Below are positions 39,544 through 50,226 of a stretch of DNA of 64,000 nt, one piece after another. The position numbers were made by a program, and so were the translations under genes. Within the stretch, counting starts at the first letter, position 1, and each line of letters begins with the position of its first letter. The DNA lies in IMG/VR virus record IMGVR_UViG_3300024999_000029, positions 285,051 to 349,050 of that record; one strand, 5' to 3'. Below the pieces are notes generated by a model that saw only the letters and a list, made by a program, of their open reading frames with translations, was not told the DNA's origin and did not search any database.

Positions 39544-39781
39544 TGCTATTATCCTTTCTTATAATTTTATATTTTGGTTGATTGCCTGCTAACTTTTTCA
39601 TCAATTCTGCATGTTTATCATTAGATTTATTAATGGATTCGACTATATTTTTATCATAATTATATACGCAATTATCCTTACATACGTCTTCCATCCAATC
39701 ATATTGATATGTACATACTCCCCAGTCATCTAATTCAAAATGAGGACATTCTTTTTGTTGTTTTAATTGATTATCATTCAT
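39536..39781 (-). CDS. hypothetical protein
   Basis: ORF, RBS. Confidence 0.55.
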   Translation of the reverse strand: MNDNQLKQQKECPHFELDDWGVCTYQYDWMEDVCKDNCVYNYDKNIVESINKSNDKHAELMKKLAGNQPKYKIIRKDNSNG

Positions 39782-39814
39782 ATAAATTCCACTCCTTTGA
39801 ATAAATGTGATTTT

Positions 39815-40057
39815 TTATTGAAATTTTTTAAATTTTTTAAATGTCTTATTAAAATCTTCTAAAGATTTATTAATTGATTTCATCGTATCTCTAAATGATT
39901 TATCTTGAATTACTTGAAAAACAATATTACATTTTTTACATTTAATTTCATTTTCATCTATTGCGTCTTGTATTTTTATTTTATTTATTTTATTGCAATT
40001 TGGACATTCTATTTCGACATTTTCATTGCCAAACATATTATTAAAATCTAATTTCAT
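39815..40057 (-). CDS. Zn-ribbon protein
   Basis: CPNC...CKKC. Confidence 0.6.
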   Translation of the reverse strand: MKLDFNNMFGNENVEIECPNCNKINKIKIQDAIDENEIKCKKCNIVFQVIQDKSFRDTMKSINKSLEDFNKTFKKFKKFQ

Positions 40058-40089
40058 ATTAATATTCCTCCTTATATTATATTTTTAAT

Positions 40090-40251
40090 TTATACCTTAT
40101 TTAATTCATTTTGCTTTTCTTCTTCGGTAAGCTGTTCCCAATCTTCATAATACATCCATCGTAATTTCTCTTCTGTTTCTGGATGTTTACCTGCTGATTT
40201 TCTCTTGCGTCTGCAACATTTTCCAATATCACTAGGTTCAAATTCATTCAC
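40090..40251 (-). CDS. NUMOD1-like homing-endonuclease DNA-binding remnant (53 aa)
   Basis: IGKCCRRKRKSAGKHPETEEKLRWMYY. Confidence 0.55.
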   Translation of the reverse strand: MNEFEPSDIGKCCRRKRKSAGKHPETEEKLRWMYYEDWEQLTEEEKQNELNKV

Positions 40252-40253
40252 TT

Positions 40254-40541
40254 TTAATCCACAAACATAAAAGACTTTCTTTTTTCTACTTTTGATTTTA
40301 AAAAATCAAATATATCTTTTTGTTTTGTAGAGTTTATCGTACTTCTTTTCCCAAAACTTTGGCTTATCCACTCCGTAACCTCACAAAAATATCCTTTATA
40401 ATCTTTTTTAATTGACACTGTATATCCGTGTGAAATTCCTGCTTCCGTTAATAGTAAATTATATTTTGAATCAATATCAAACCTAACTTTATATCTATCA
40501 ATTGAAAGATGTTGGTCTAATAATGTTTTAAATTTATTCAT
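40254..40541 (-). CDS. hypothetical protein
   Basis: ORF, GGAGG RBS. Confidence 0.6.
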   Translation of the reverse strand: MNKFKTLLDQHLSIDRYKVRFDIDSKYNLLLTEAGISHGYTVSIKKDYKGYFCEVTEWISQSFGKRSTINSTKQKDIFDFLKSKVEKRKSFMFVD

Positions 40542-40579
40542 ATATTCGCCTCCAACTTTGTATTTTTTTATTCATAATA

Positions 40580-41059
40580 TCACCTATTTAAATAGATTTC
40601 ATATCCGCACCAATTCATATTTTCACAACCATTATAATGCTCATATCCATAATAGATTTCTTTAATTTGATTAGTTAGCAATATATTTTTAATTTCATTA
40701 ATGGCTTTTTGATAATTCTTTTCATTTTTTTCAAAGCTTATAGAATTAACTTTACCTTTATAAATTAAATCAACAGACATTTTAGGTAAAGAATATAGCA
40801 AATTATATTCCCTGTCTAAAAAATCATCAATAGTATTTATAAATTGTCTATACATTAATTTTATTCTTTTTAGTAATATATCAACAGGCAATACTTCTTC
40901 TTTATTATAATCATCATATGAGCCATACATTGCATCAAAGGCTTCACACGCATAATCGGTTGCTTCTTCCCATGAACATTTTTCTTCCAACCTAATTTTT
41001 TCCCTTAATTCTTTAAAATCTTTGTCTCTTTCTTTCACTATTTGTTTTATATTTTTCAT
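40580..41059 (-). CDS. hypothetical protein
   Basis: ORF, RBS. Confidence 0.6.
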   Translation of the reverse strand: MKNIKQIVKERDKDFKELREKIRLEEKCSWEEATDYACEAFDAMYGSYDDYNKEEVLPVDILLKRIKLMYRQFINTIDDFLDREYNLLYSLPKMSVDLIYKGKVNSISFEKNEKNYQKAINEIKNILLTNQIKEIYYGYEHYNGCENMNWCGYEIYLNR

Positions 41060-41111
41060 AGTTATAATCTCCCTTTAATTATCACTATAGCCTATTTTTA
41101 ACTATAGCTTA

Positions 41112-41822
41112 TTATATTATTATATTATTATCGTTAATTATGTGTTTCAATTTATCAATAAACTTAAATTTAAATTTATCATAATGCAGTTTATTTTTCC
41201 ATATATCCCAATTCATAATCAATAATACACTTTTTTTATTATCTGACAACACTACACTTAAATTATCAACAATACAATTACTCTCTTTATCACAAATATT
41301 AATTTCAATAATGTTATTTAGAACTCTAATATTAAAATAGTCAACATAAAAGAAATCTTTTCTTATTTGTTTTTCTAAATACTTTGAATTTTTAAATGTT
41401 TTGCCACCAAGTTGTCTTATTTTAATTTTTTCTTGTATCTCTCTTATATTATTTAATGATTGTATAATATTGTCGGCATAATAAAAATTTAAATCTTGAC
41501 TCTCTTGTTTGGCTTTTAACCATTTTGAAAAAGCATTGTCTATTTGGTCTAAATAGCTATTAATACATTTTTCTCCAGCATTATTTCCTAGAGTTTTTGC
41601 ATCATAAATATATTTTTTGTTAATATATAAAGTATTGTTTTTAATTTCAAAATATCTAACTTCATCCATATTATCAGTAAATATTATTTTGAAGTTATCT
41701 ATTTGTTTTTCTCGAAATTCTTTGTCGTGCCTTCCAAATATTACTCCATACCATCCTTTAGTTAAATAATATTTAACTTTATCTTCAAGTGATAATTTTT
41801 CCAATTCTATGTAAGTACTCAT
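41112..41822 (-). CDS. hypothetical protein
   Basis: ORF overlapping the previous stop. Confidence 0.6.
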   Translation of the reverse strand: MSTYIELEKLSLEDKVKYYLTKGWYGVIFGRHDKEFREKQIDNFKIIFTDNMDEVRYFEIKNNTLYINKKYIYDAKTLGNNAGEKCINSYLDQIDNAFSKWLKAKQESQDLNFYYADNIIQSLNNIREIQEKIKIRQLGGKTFKNSKYLEKQIRKDFFYVDYFNIRVLNNIIEINICDKESNCIVDNLSVVLSDNKKSVLLIMNWDIWKNKLHYDKFKFKFIDKLKHIINDNNIII

Positions 41823-42247
41823 ATATTTTCCTCTCTTTGTAATTCTTCTATATCTGAATTTATTATATCTTTAAAAATTTCTTTGTCTGTTTTTAAATAA
41901 GCTAAATATAATTTATATTCTTTATTTTCATTATTAAGTATAATATATAATGAATGATTTATATTTTTTATTGTATTAATAGTTTCAATTATACTATTTT
42001 TATATTCATATTTTCTCAAAGGAGAAACTTTTATAAATTCTTCATAGGAATTTTTATTATCTTTATAATAAATTAATCCTATTTTTGAATTATTTGTTTT
42101 ATCTTTTAAACTTGGGGAAATTTTAAACATGGTTTCAATTAATTTATTTGGTATTTTAATAAATTTACTTTTATTATCTAATACCTCATTTAATAATAAT
42201 TTTTCTATTTCTTCATCATAAAATTTAATTTCTTTTATAATTTTCAT
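41819..42247 (-). CDS. hypothetical protein
   Basis: ORF, AGGAG RBS. Confidence 0.6.
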   Translation of the reverse strand: MKIIKEIKFYDEEIEKLLLNEVLDNKSKFIKIPNKLIETMFKISPSLKDKTNNSKIGLIYYKDNKNSYEEFIKVSPLRKYEYKNSIIETINTIKNINHSLYIILNNENKEYKLYLAYLKTDKEIFKDIINSDIEELQREENI

Positions 42248-42264
42248 ATTTATCTCCTTTTAAT

Positions 42265-42975
42265 TTATATTTTTACTATTTCATTTAACCCAACTATATT
42301 AGAAAAACCATATTTTTTATGAAGTTTTTTATGACATTCATAACATAATGTTAGCCCATTTTCTAAGATATACCTATCGCCTATGTAGATAGCATAGGGT
42401 TTAATATGATGAGATTCTAATTTTCCTCCTTTTTTATTACAACATTTGCAAGTATAATCATCTCTTTTAAAAACATTACTTCTCCAATATGTATATTCTT
42501 CACAACTTCTATTATTTTGATATTCTTTATATAATTCTATATAATTTAATATTTTTATATATGTGTTTTTATATACTAGTTGCAATTCAAAATTTTGTAT
42601 TAAATAATTATATGAAAGTACTAAAGACTTATAATTTGCATATAAATTAATTGTAATAGGAATTACTTCAAATATATTAGATTCTTTTTTAACATTTTGA
42701 TTTAATATATTGCAAAAATTTAAAGCATCATTAAAATCTAAAAAGATTTTGGATTCATTGTATTTAATTAAATAGTCAAATCCATTTTGACAATATGTTC
42801 CATTAAAATAATAATTATTATGAGATATAGTTGTAAATTTATAATCTCCATTTTTGCATTTATAACAATCAATCCAAAAATTATTTTTAAAATCATCTGG
42901 TAAAATTAATTCTTGATACCCTATTGTACAAGCATCAATAAATATATCTCTACATTGTGTTTTTATTTTAATCAT
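42265..42975 (-). CDS. C-terminal HNH endonuclease
   Basis: WR..VFKRDDYTCKCC...HHIK...NGLTLCYECH. Confidence 0.8.
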   Translation of the reverse strand: MIKIKTQCRDIFIDACTIGYQELILPDDFKNNFWIDCYKCKNGDYKFTTISHNNYYFNGTYCQNGFDYLIKYNESKIFLDFNDALNFCNILNQNVKKESNIFEVIPITINLYANYKSLVLSYNYLIQNFELQLVYKNTYIKILNYIELYKEYQNNRSCEEYTYWRSNVFKRDDYTCKCCNKKGGKLESHHIKPYAIYIGDRYILENGLTLCYECHKKLHKKYGFSNIVGLNEIVKI

Positions 42976-43246
42976 CCTTTCATATTTTTATTTTCGATAA
43001 AATGATTCTTTTAATTTATATTTTAGTTTATTGATTAATAATATATTTATAATAATCTGCGGAACGTTTAATTGCCATTTTAGTCCAATCATAATCTTTC
43101 CACATTTTATTAACAATATCAATACACTCTTCTTTGGTAAATTCATAATTATTCACTTCAGAAATTTTTTTTTACTGTATTTAATAGTCCTAAATACATT
43201 GGATGTTCAGAAATCATATACATTGCCTCCTTTCTATAAAATCATT

Positions 43247-43525
43247 TTAATCCAATATATAATCCCTTTTTATGTTTAATTTATTAATTGATAAATTTTC
43301 AAACTTTAATAATTCTTCATATAAAGCTATCCCAAAACCATTAACATCTATGTATATTTCTACATCTTCTTTTTCTGCTATAATCTTAATTACGTCTACA
43401 TAATTACTATAAGTTTTATATGATTTCCCACGTAATATATATTGTTTATCGTTGATATGTACAATTACTACTTCTTCACCTTTGTGATTTTGAATATCAC
43501 TTACATACATTATCTTTTTATTCAT
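43247..43525 (-). CDS. hypothetical protein
   Basis: AAGGAG RBS before MNKKIM. Confidence 0.55.
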   Translation of the reverse strand: MNKKIMYVSDIQNHKGEEVVIVHINDKQYILRGKSYKTYSNYVDVIKIIAEKEDVEIYIDVNGFGIALYEELLKFENLSINKLNIKRDYILD

Positions 43526-43697
43526 AAATACTCCTTTTCTATTTGATGGACAGGTCATCACCCTATTAAATGTGGTTCTGCACCACAAAATTATATTTCG
43601 TTACTAATAATTAACCTTTATGGTTTTTCGTCATAAAAATTATATACTAGTTATGACGAGGTCTTTCACTGTGAGTATATTTTAACTTTCAATAGAA

Positions 43698-44069
43698 TCA
43701 CTCATTTATATTAATATATATTTTATCTCCTTCTATTTCCACCATCTGACCTTTGTTGTGATCCTTGAAATCTTCATTCCATTTAATATCCAAATATAAT
43801 ATAGATTCATTATCCTTTATAAAATCAATATGAGTAATATCTTGATACTGATTAATCCTGTCATATTTTGATTTATTTCTAATATTTATACATGCCGATT
43901 GAGCAGTTTTCTTTAATGTTAATTCACAAGATTCCTTGCCAAATAAATTATTAGTCCATATATTTTCAGTAATTCCACCCAGTGATATATATAATACATC
44001 AGTCATAGGAATACTTATTACTTCACAATTTTCAAAAACTATATCAATTCCATTTATTTGTTCCATCAT
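43698..44069 (-). CDS. hypothetical protein
   Basis: IVFENCE motif common in phage hypotheticals. Confidence 0.6.
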   Translation of the reverse strand: MMEQINGIDIVFENCEVISIPMTDVLYISLGGITENIWTNNLFGKESCELTLKKTAQSACINIRNKSKYDRINQYQDITHIDFIKDNESILYLDIKWNEDFKDHNKGQMVEIEGDKIYININE

Positions 44070-44237
44070 TCTATTCTCCTTTGTTTATATTTTTAATAAA
44101 AAATTCGATCACTTCTTAAAGCATTCTAACGCAAAACTACACATCCGAACCCTACCGCCATGCTCATTACAAAACAGGTTAAAAATAAAATCACGTATTT
44201 CAAGTAATTACTCATGTTTTTCTCCTAATTTTATATT

Positions 44238-44798
44238 TTAGATCAAATAATTTCTTGTTGATTGCCAATTGCTAATTCTTAAACCTTCCCATTCCTCATT
44301 CCAAGGTTTCACTCCACCAAAACAAAATTTTAAAGCTGCGTTTGAGGATTTAAGATTACTATAAACATCGTCCATGAAAATTGAATCTCCGCTCATGTTA
44401 ATTATTTCTTTGTTCATTTGAACTCCATCATTTACAAGTAAAACCGAATTCTTTATAAATGGTAGCTTTTCCTTTATGAATAAAGATTTTCGAGATATAT
44501 TCCCGTAAGTCCCAACACTCGCTATTATTATTTTATACTTCTCATTCAATTCCCGTAGCACTTCATAAGCATCTGGCATAAACTCAAGCACATGGAAAAA
44601 TTCAAATGAAGCAAACATATCGTCAATTCTTTCAATTGCCAGAGGACATTCTTCTCCGAAATCCCATAGTTTATTGTTTAAATAATTAGCTTTTTTGAAG
44701 CCATCTACTCTTTTATATCTTATATTGTAAGCGTCACAATATGCTTTGGAAGACAGGACAAGAGTATCGTCAAAATCAAGAAATAAATTATATTTCAT
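44238..44798 (-). CDS. HAD-family 5'(3')-deoxyribonucleotidase
   Basis: FLDFDDTL, FMDD...NL. Confidence 0.8.
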   Translation of the reverse strand: MKYNLFLDFDDTLVLSSKAYCDAYNIRYKRVDGFKKANYLNNKLWDFGEECPLAIERIDDMFASFEFFHVLEFMPDAYEVLRELNEKYKIIIASVGTYGNISRKSLFIKEKLPFIKNSVLLVNDGVQMNKEIINMSGDSIFMDDVYSNLKSSNAALKFCFGGVKPWNEEWEGLRISNWQSTRNYLI

Positions 44799-44799
44799 A

Positions 44800-45399
44800 T
44801 TACATTTCCTCCAGAATCAATTCTTTAAATCGTGGTAATTCTTCAATCCATTTGCAGAAATAATCCCATTCTTCAAGTTTGTGACTTTTGCGCTGATCAT
44901 AAATAGTTTTTAGTTGTAGATAATTTGTTGTAATTCTTTTAGTAAGTTGCAATCCTTCTGGAATGTTAGAAATAACATATTGAAAATTCTCTGGTGTCGG
45001 GTATGCATTATAACGATCAATATAAAAATTAACAACATCTTTAACTCTTTTATTAACATATTTGTTACATTGTTTATCTAAGTCCATTTTAATAATTCTG
45101 TGCATAGTCGATTGGCTACTTACAACATCGTGAAAATGGTACCTATCCCATTGCAACCAGAAGTATTGAGGCATCTCAACATCAGTTTGAACTATAACTC
45201 CTTTGAAAGCACAATTATGCCCTGAGCCTGCCTTAGCATGACCTAAAGTTTTAGCTCTTTTTAAATCTTTGTCTGTAAATACTTGATTATTTTCTCCAGT
45301 AAATATATCTTCATAATTTTTAACCTCTATGGACATTGGATATCCGCTCGCTATTATTGATTCTTCTAAGCCATAAACTTTAACATTAAATATCTTCAT
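44800..45399 (-). CDS. ThyX-like (flavin-dependent thymidylate synthase-related) protein
   Basis: SQSTMH, NYLQLKTIYDQRKSHKLEEW. Confidence 0.6.
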   Translation of the reverse strand: MKIFNVKVYGLEESIIASGYPMSIEVKNYEDIFTGENNQVFTDKDLKRAKTLGHAKAGSGHNCAFKGVIVQTDVEMPQYFWLQWDRYHFHDVVSSQSTMHRIIKMDLDKQCNKYVNKRVKDVVNFYIDRYNAYPTPENFQYVISNIPEGLQLTKRITTNYLQLKTIYDQRKSHKLEEWDYFCKWIEELPRFKELILEEM

Positions 45400-45580
45400 T
45401 ACGTTCCTCCTTTAATTGTTCATAATGTTGGCTCATGCTCTTTTCCAGTAACTGTTCACTAAATGATTTGTTGATATCTAGCACACAACCCTCACTAATC
45501 ATTTCATCAATCATTTGTTTATCAGTCATATTCTTTATATATTGTATGATTTCATTATAAATATTTTTTATATTTGCCAT
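45386..45580 (-). CDS. hypothetical protein
   Basis: ORF, RBS. Confidence 0.5.
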   Translation of the reverse strand: MANIKNIYNEIIQYIKNMTDKQMIDEMISEGCVLDINKSFSEQLLEKSMSQHYEQLKEERNEDI

Positions 45581-45590
45581 TTATATCTCC

Positions 45591-45779
45591 TTAATTGTTG
45601 ATTAAAAAAGCAATTTTATCTAAAATTTGAGCGATTGTTAATTTTTGAAACTCTTTTCGCTCTAGGTATTCAAGCAATATTGTTGTCATGTAATCAATCT
45701 GATTTTGATTTGGATATACTTCACACCTTTTAAAATACCACTTTTTATATTCTTGGATGATTTCTTCATTATTTATCAT
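45591..45779 (-). CDS. hypothetical protein
   Basis: ORF, RBS. Confidence 0.5.
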   Translation of the reverse strand: MINNEEIIQEYKKWYFKRCEVYPNQNQIDYMTTILLEYLERKEFQKLTIAQILDKIAFLINN

Positions 45780-45809
45780 TTAATCACCTATTGTTTTATA
45801 TTTTATTTA

Positions 45810-46400
45810 TTAAGCTTCTAAATTTTTCTTCCAGCATTTGCGACACATAGATATGTATTCAGCATCTCCGTCGATTTTAATTTGTTCTCCTTTATTAACT
45901 ACTTTACCATTTTCAACTCTGGCATTTATCGTAGCTTTTTTCGAGCAACTGCACATGCTCTTGACTTCATGTATCTCATCAGCAATTTCTAAAAGTCTTT
46001 GACTAGATGGAAAGAAAGATGTTCTAAAGTCAGTTTTTAATCCCCAACATATTACTGGAATTCCTAAAGAATCAACAACGTCTGACAATTGGTCTATATG
46101 TTCTTTGGTAAAAAAATTTGCTTCATCTACTAAAACAACGTCTATTTTTGTTGAATTTGATAAATCAAATACGATGTTGCAAACCATATCATATATGTTG
46201 TCTTTATTATAAACAGAAATTGCTTTATATTCTAATCCTTCAATTCTTGATTTTACTTTATTTAATCCAGATCTCTTGTCTTTTGCCGATGTAAGTATTA
46301 AAGGATTCATTCCTTTTTCTTTATAATTATAAGCAACACAGATGAGCAATCCGCTCTTAATACTGCCCATTACTCCGTGATAAAACCATAACTTGGGCAT
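45810..46400 (-). CDS. tdk: thymidine kinase
   Basis: LVDEANF, GLKTDFR, C.C, CRKC; P-loop variant GVMGSIKS. Confidence 0.85.
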   Translation of the reverse strand: MPKLWFYHGVMGSIKSGLLICVAYNYKEKGMNPLILTSAKDKRSGLNKVKSRIEGLEYKAISVYNKDNIYDMVCNIVFDLSNSTKIDVVLVDEANFFTKEHIDQLSDVVDSLGIPVICWGLKTDFRTSFFPSSQRLLEIADEIHEVKSMCSCSKKATINARVENGKVVNKGEQIKIDGDAEYISMCRKCWKKNLEA

Positions 46401-46584
46401 ATACTTATTTCTCCTCTTTTATATTTTCTATTATATTTAATCCTACTGCCATTTTATTTGCTAATTCTTCAGTTAAAATTTTATCGGCAACCATACATCC
46501 ATATTCATCTCGAATGCAATAAGTTAATGCTGTGCTGTTTTGAAATATTTTATATCCTTCTGCCTTATACATAATTTTTCTCCT

Positions 46585-46962
46585 TTATTCGGGTAATACA
46601 TCCCACAATTCACAATCATTATTATTTTTATAATTAATAAAACCGACTACATACCAATCTTCAATGCTGCTACCATGAACAGGATTCTTATAATTATCAA
46701 TATAATTTCCATGTTTATCTATCCATCCCCATCCAATTTCATCTTTAAATTCTTCTACATCTGTTTCTGCACCCACCCATATATATGGTTTCATTATTTT
46801 GAGTTCAGCAAAATTATCAAATCTTTTATCAATAATCATGCAAAGATACCATCTATTAGAATTGTATATTGCATCTTCTTTAGAATCTTTAATTGTACAT
46901 TCTTCTATTGGAAAATTAGTACTTAGAAAACTATGAATATCTTTTAAATTATGTATTAACAT
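46585..46962 (-). CDS. hypothetical protein
   Basis: ORF, RBS. Confidence 0.55.
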   Translation of the reverse strand: MLIHNLKDIHSFLSTNFPIEECTIKDSKEDAIYNSNRWYLCMIIDKRFDNFAELKIMKPYIWVGAETDVEEFKDEIGWGWIDKHGNYIDNYKNPVHGSSIEDWYVVGFINYKNNNDCELWDVLPE

Positions 46963-46978
46963 TTTTTATGTTCCCTTT

Positions 46979-47572
46979 CTATAATCCATCAATTTTAATC
47001 TCACTATTTTTAAAAATATCATTCACCGTACTTCTGTAAGCAATTCTTCTCAAAACATTAAAAGTATCAACTCTATAACTATCGCTTCTTTTGTACAATT
47101 CTTTCTTTCTGCTGGAGCATTGTTTAGTGGTTTGTATTCCTGTAAATTCAAATCCTCGGTTCGTATTTTTTATTGTATAGTTTTCTAAATCCACCTCAAT
47201 GAGCCCAATTTTTTCTGGAATTTTATCTACTGGAATAATGCCTATTGGAGCAATTATGTAAGTATATTCACACTGGCAACAGAATCCGTTTAAAAAGTCT
47301 TGATATGATGCTTTAGATTCAATACCCATAACCTTGTATTTATCTATTTCATTCTCTTTTAGACTAAATAAGCTACCTTTTATTCCTACGACATCAATAG
47401 TGTTTTTATGGGTTGCTTTAGGCTTAAACCAATTGTATTTTTTGAGATATTGGCTATATCTAGAGAACTGGACTTCTGTGGCTATACAATTGTAGCCTTT
47501 TTGATATAATATATATTTTGCTATTTGTTTCAACTCATAATGTTCTTTGCTCTCGTTTTTGTTGTAATTCAT
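46979..47572 (-). CDS. PD-(D/E)xK nuclease-like (MmcB-like) protein
   Basis: TEV...IDVVG...IESKASYQDF...P.GIIP...IP...GL. Confidence 0.6.
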   Translation of the reverse strand: MNYNKNESKEHYELKQIAKYILYQKGYNCIATEVQFSRYSQYLKKYNWFKPKATHKNTIDVVGIKGSLFSLKENEIDKYKVMGIESKASYQDFLNGFCCQCEYTYIIAPIGIIPVDKIPEKIGLIEVDLENYTIKNTNRGFEFTGIQTTKQCSSRKKELYKRSDSYRVDTFNVLRRIAYRSTVNDIFKNSEIKIDGL

Positions 47573-47637
47573 ATTTAGTAGAATTTATATCACCCACTTT
47601 TATATTTTCAATAAATTGGAAATTTCAATTAAATATT

Positions 47638-48132
47638 TTACCAAATTTTATTCCATAAGTTAAAAACTCTCCTATAATTATTACCCTTTAAACTAAATTC
47701 ATTATTTTTTCTAACTTGTTTATTGCTCCACTTTTTATAAAATCTCTTTGTATTAGTAGCAAACCATACTCTAATTAAATAATGATGTTTTCCTTCTAAA
47801 TCTTTATTCTTTTCCCATACAGTCCACCAAATAGTATTTTTAAGTTTTTGGAGTTTATTCTTGTCGTATAGTTTATTTTTGTAATAATTGTCTTTGTTTT
47901 TAAAGTGTTTTCGGTCGGATTTAAAGTAATGATTATCTTCTAAGACATCTATGCATTCATTTATAGCCCATTGTTCCATTTTCCAATATACATCTTCGCT
48001 TGTATTAGAATCATCATAGACCCATTCTCCATAAAAACAGAAAGACTTTTTTTGTAAATTTCGATATGCTTCTAATTCATTCCAGTCGATGTATAATTCT
48101 ATTAATTGTCTTTCTCTATTTATAAAAATCAC
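47638..48132 (-). CDS. hypothetical protein
   Basis: ORF. Confidence 0.55.
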   Translation of the reverse strand: MIFINRERQLIELYIDWNELEAYRNLQKKSFCFYGEWVYDDSNTSEDVYWKMEQWAINECIDVLEDNHYFKSDRKHFKNKDNYYKNKLYDKNKLQKLKNTIWWTVWEKNKDLEGKHHYLIRVWFATNTKRFYKKWSNKQVRKNNEFSLKGNNYRRVFNLWNKIW

Positions 48133-48361
48133 CTACTTTTATATTTTAGATAATCTTCTATTTTATTCATTATCTATATTATTTTACTAATAATTTCGTT
48201 TACTTTATCTATCACTTCATTTAAGACTTTTGCCAACATTCTAATGTCAGACTTAGAATCATGAAAAATTCCTATACTATCACTCTGCCTAATTTTTGTT
48301 TTTATTGGCTTAATTTTTTCATATACTTTTATCATAATTTTCTCCTCATAAAACAGAATTT

Positions 48362-48835
48362 TTAATTAATTTTTCGCTTTCTCCATTTGTTATTTTCTTT
48401 TCGTAAGTTTTTAAAAAACTCAGTTAGATAATTTTTAAATGGTTTTATTTCTTTTAACGATGTAAAGTTTAAAATTTTTATACCAGTATCGCCAAACCTA
48501 TCAAAACTTTCTTCCCTATACCATGATACTAATATAGGATATTCGTCATCAGAAGGCACTAATGTGTTTTCATTAACATTATTTAATAAAAATACCTCTA
48601 ATTCCGATATGTTGTTTATCAAAAAATTTTCTTCATCACAATTTTCATTCTCATAATTTTCATATCTAACGTCTAAATCATTTAATATATGATATAGTGT
48701 TTCAAACATGGGAATATCTCCACCACAATAATTTTCTGCACCATGCTTTAAAAACCATTTCAATAGTTTGATAAATTCAGAATGATTGTTAATTATGCAT
48801 TGATTAGTGCTATGTGTATAATCTTTTAATGCCAT
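48362..48835 (-). CDS. hypothetical protein
   Basis: ORF, RBS. Confidence 0.6.
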   Translation of the reverse strand: MALKDYTHSTNQCIINNHSEFIKLLKWFLKHGAENYCGGDIPMFETLYHILNDLDVRYENYENENCDEENFLINNISELEVFLLNNVNENTLVPSDDEYPILVSWYREESFDRFGDTGIKILNFTSLKEIKPFKNYLTEFFKNLRKENNKWRKRKIN

Positions 48836-48901
48836 TATTGTTTATCTCCTTATCTCCTATAAAATTTGATCCATCTTATTCTTTCTATAAAAAATTGTAC
48901 G

Positions 48902-49402
48902 TTAATTTTTATTCTCTAAACACTCATTAATAACGTTAGCTACAGCCAATGACATTTTAGATTTAAATACTGCATCTTGCTTCAATTCGTTGCTCACTTT
49001 ATCAAATAATCCATCATTATTACTAATAATTGTCCTAGCAATTTTATGTGAAAATCCAGCCCTAACCGCATCTTTAAATTCATCAAGCTTAATTACATCG
49101 TTAAAACTATCGGATATAATCCTTTTAAGCTCTATTGAGTTTTCGTTAACAACACTGGTCACAAGCTTAATTAACGGACTATCATATCGTGCAAGCGATT
49201 CTTGTATGGCTTTTTGTACTGATATTTGAGCAGTTGATAAAATATCCTGCTCAAGAGTAATAGGCATATGCTTTTGATTTACTTTAGTATTAATTTCTTC
49301 AATCGTCTTGGTTAATTTTTCTACCAATAATTTGTTTTCTGTTTTAATATCTGAAACAGTTTTGTATAATTGGTCTATTGTTTTTTGTTCTGAATTTGTC
49401 AT
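48902..49402 (-). CDS. hypothetical helical protein
   Basis: ORF, RBS. Confidence 0.6.
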   Translation of the reverse strand: MTNSEQKTIDQLYKTVSDIKTENKLLVEKLTKTIEEINTKVNQKHMPITLEQDILSTAQISVQKAIQESLARYDSPLIKLVTSVVNENSIELKRIISDSFNDVIKLDEFKDAVRAGFSHKIARTIISNNDGLFDKVSNELKQDAVFKSKMSLAVANVINECLENKN

Positions 49403-49920
49403 AATTTTATATCCCCTTTTTATTTGAATAATTTTTACCTTTTATTTAGATATCTCAAAGCGGTTTCCAAACCTTCTAAATATCCTTCTTTCCATGCTTT
49501 ATCTTTTATATAATTAATTTCGCTTGAATAACTATCTGCTTGATTTTTAATAAATTCTATTTCATCATTAATCCTTAAAATAGTTTCTTCAATTAAATTA
49601 TCCATAAAAATATCCTTTCAATTAAAGTAAGATTTTGTCTGATAATATTTTTCTACAATCATACCAATCTTTAGCTTCTTCTACCGTTAATTCTCTACCA
49701 TCTTCTTCTCTTAAACAAAAATCATCACTATAATTTTCACTGATTTCTTCATCAGAATAACCACCTACTTTACAATTCAAAATTCCATTAATTTGTTTAT
49801 CTCTTTTATCCCACCAATGCATAATTGGTTCTCCTCTCAATAAAACCCCGAATTTATCAAAAATAAGTTATTCTGACAGCCCCATAGAGCGATTATTTTT
49901 AGGTGGGTGGTACGATTACA

Positions 49921-50136
49921 CTACCTAAATAATGCGACATCCATTAATTTTTGCCACCAAGTTCTTTTTTCTATAAAATTTACATCTCTGCTTTCTAAAA
50001 TTGAAATTACAAATTCCATTCCATTAAGAAATGAATCATTCCAATCTGAAGATTTAGATTCGTCTAATAAAAATTCATAAACTTTTTTAATATCTGCCAT
50101 TTTCTCTTCATAAGTTAATTCGCTTAATGATTTCAT
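49921..50136 (-). CDS. hypothetical protein
   Basis: ORF, RBS. Confidence 0.55.
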   Translation of the reverse strand: MKSLSELTYEEKMADIKKVYEFLLDESKSSDWNDSFLNGMEFVISILESRDVNFIEKRTWWQKLMDVALFR

Positions 50137-50226
50137 TGTATACCCACCTTTTATATTTTACTTAATTAGCCCTGCTATAAAATTCTTCATACTTCTATTT
50201 TTGTAAAATTCATAATTGATCTCCTT

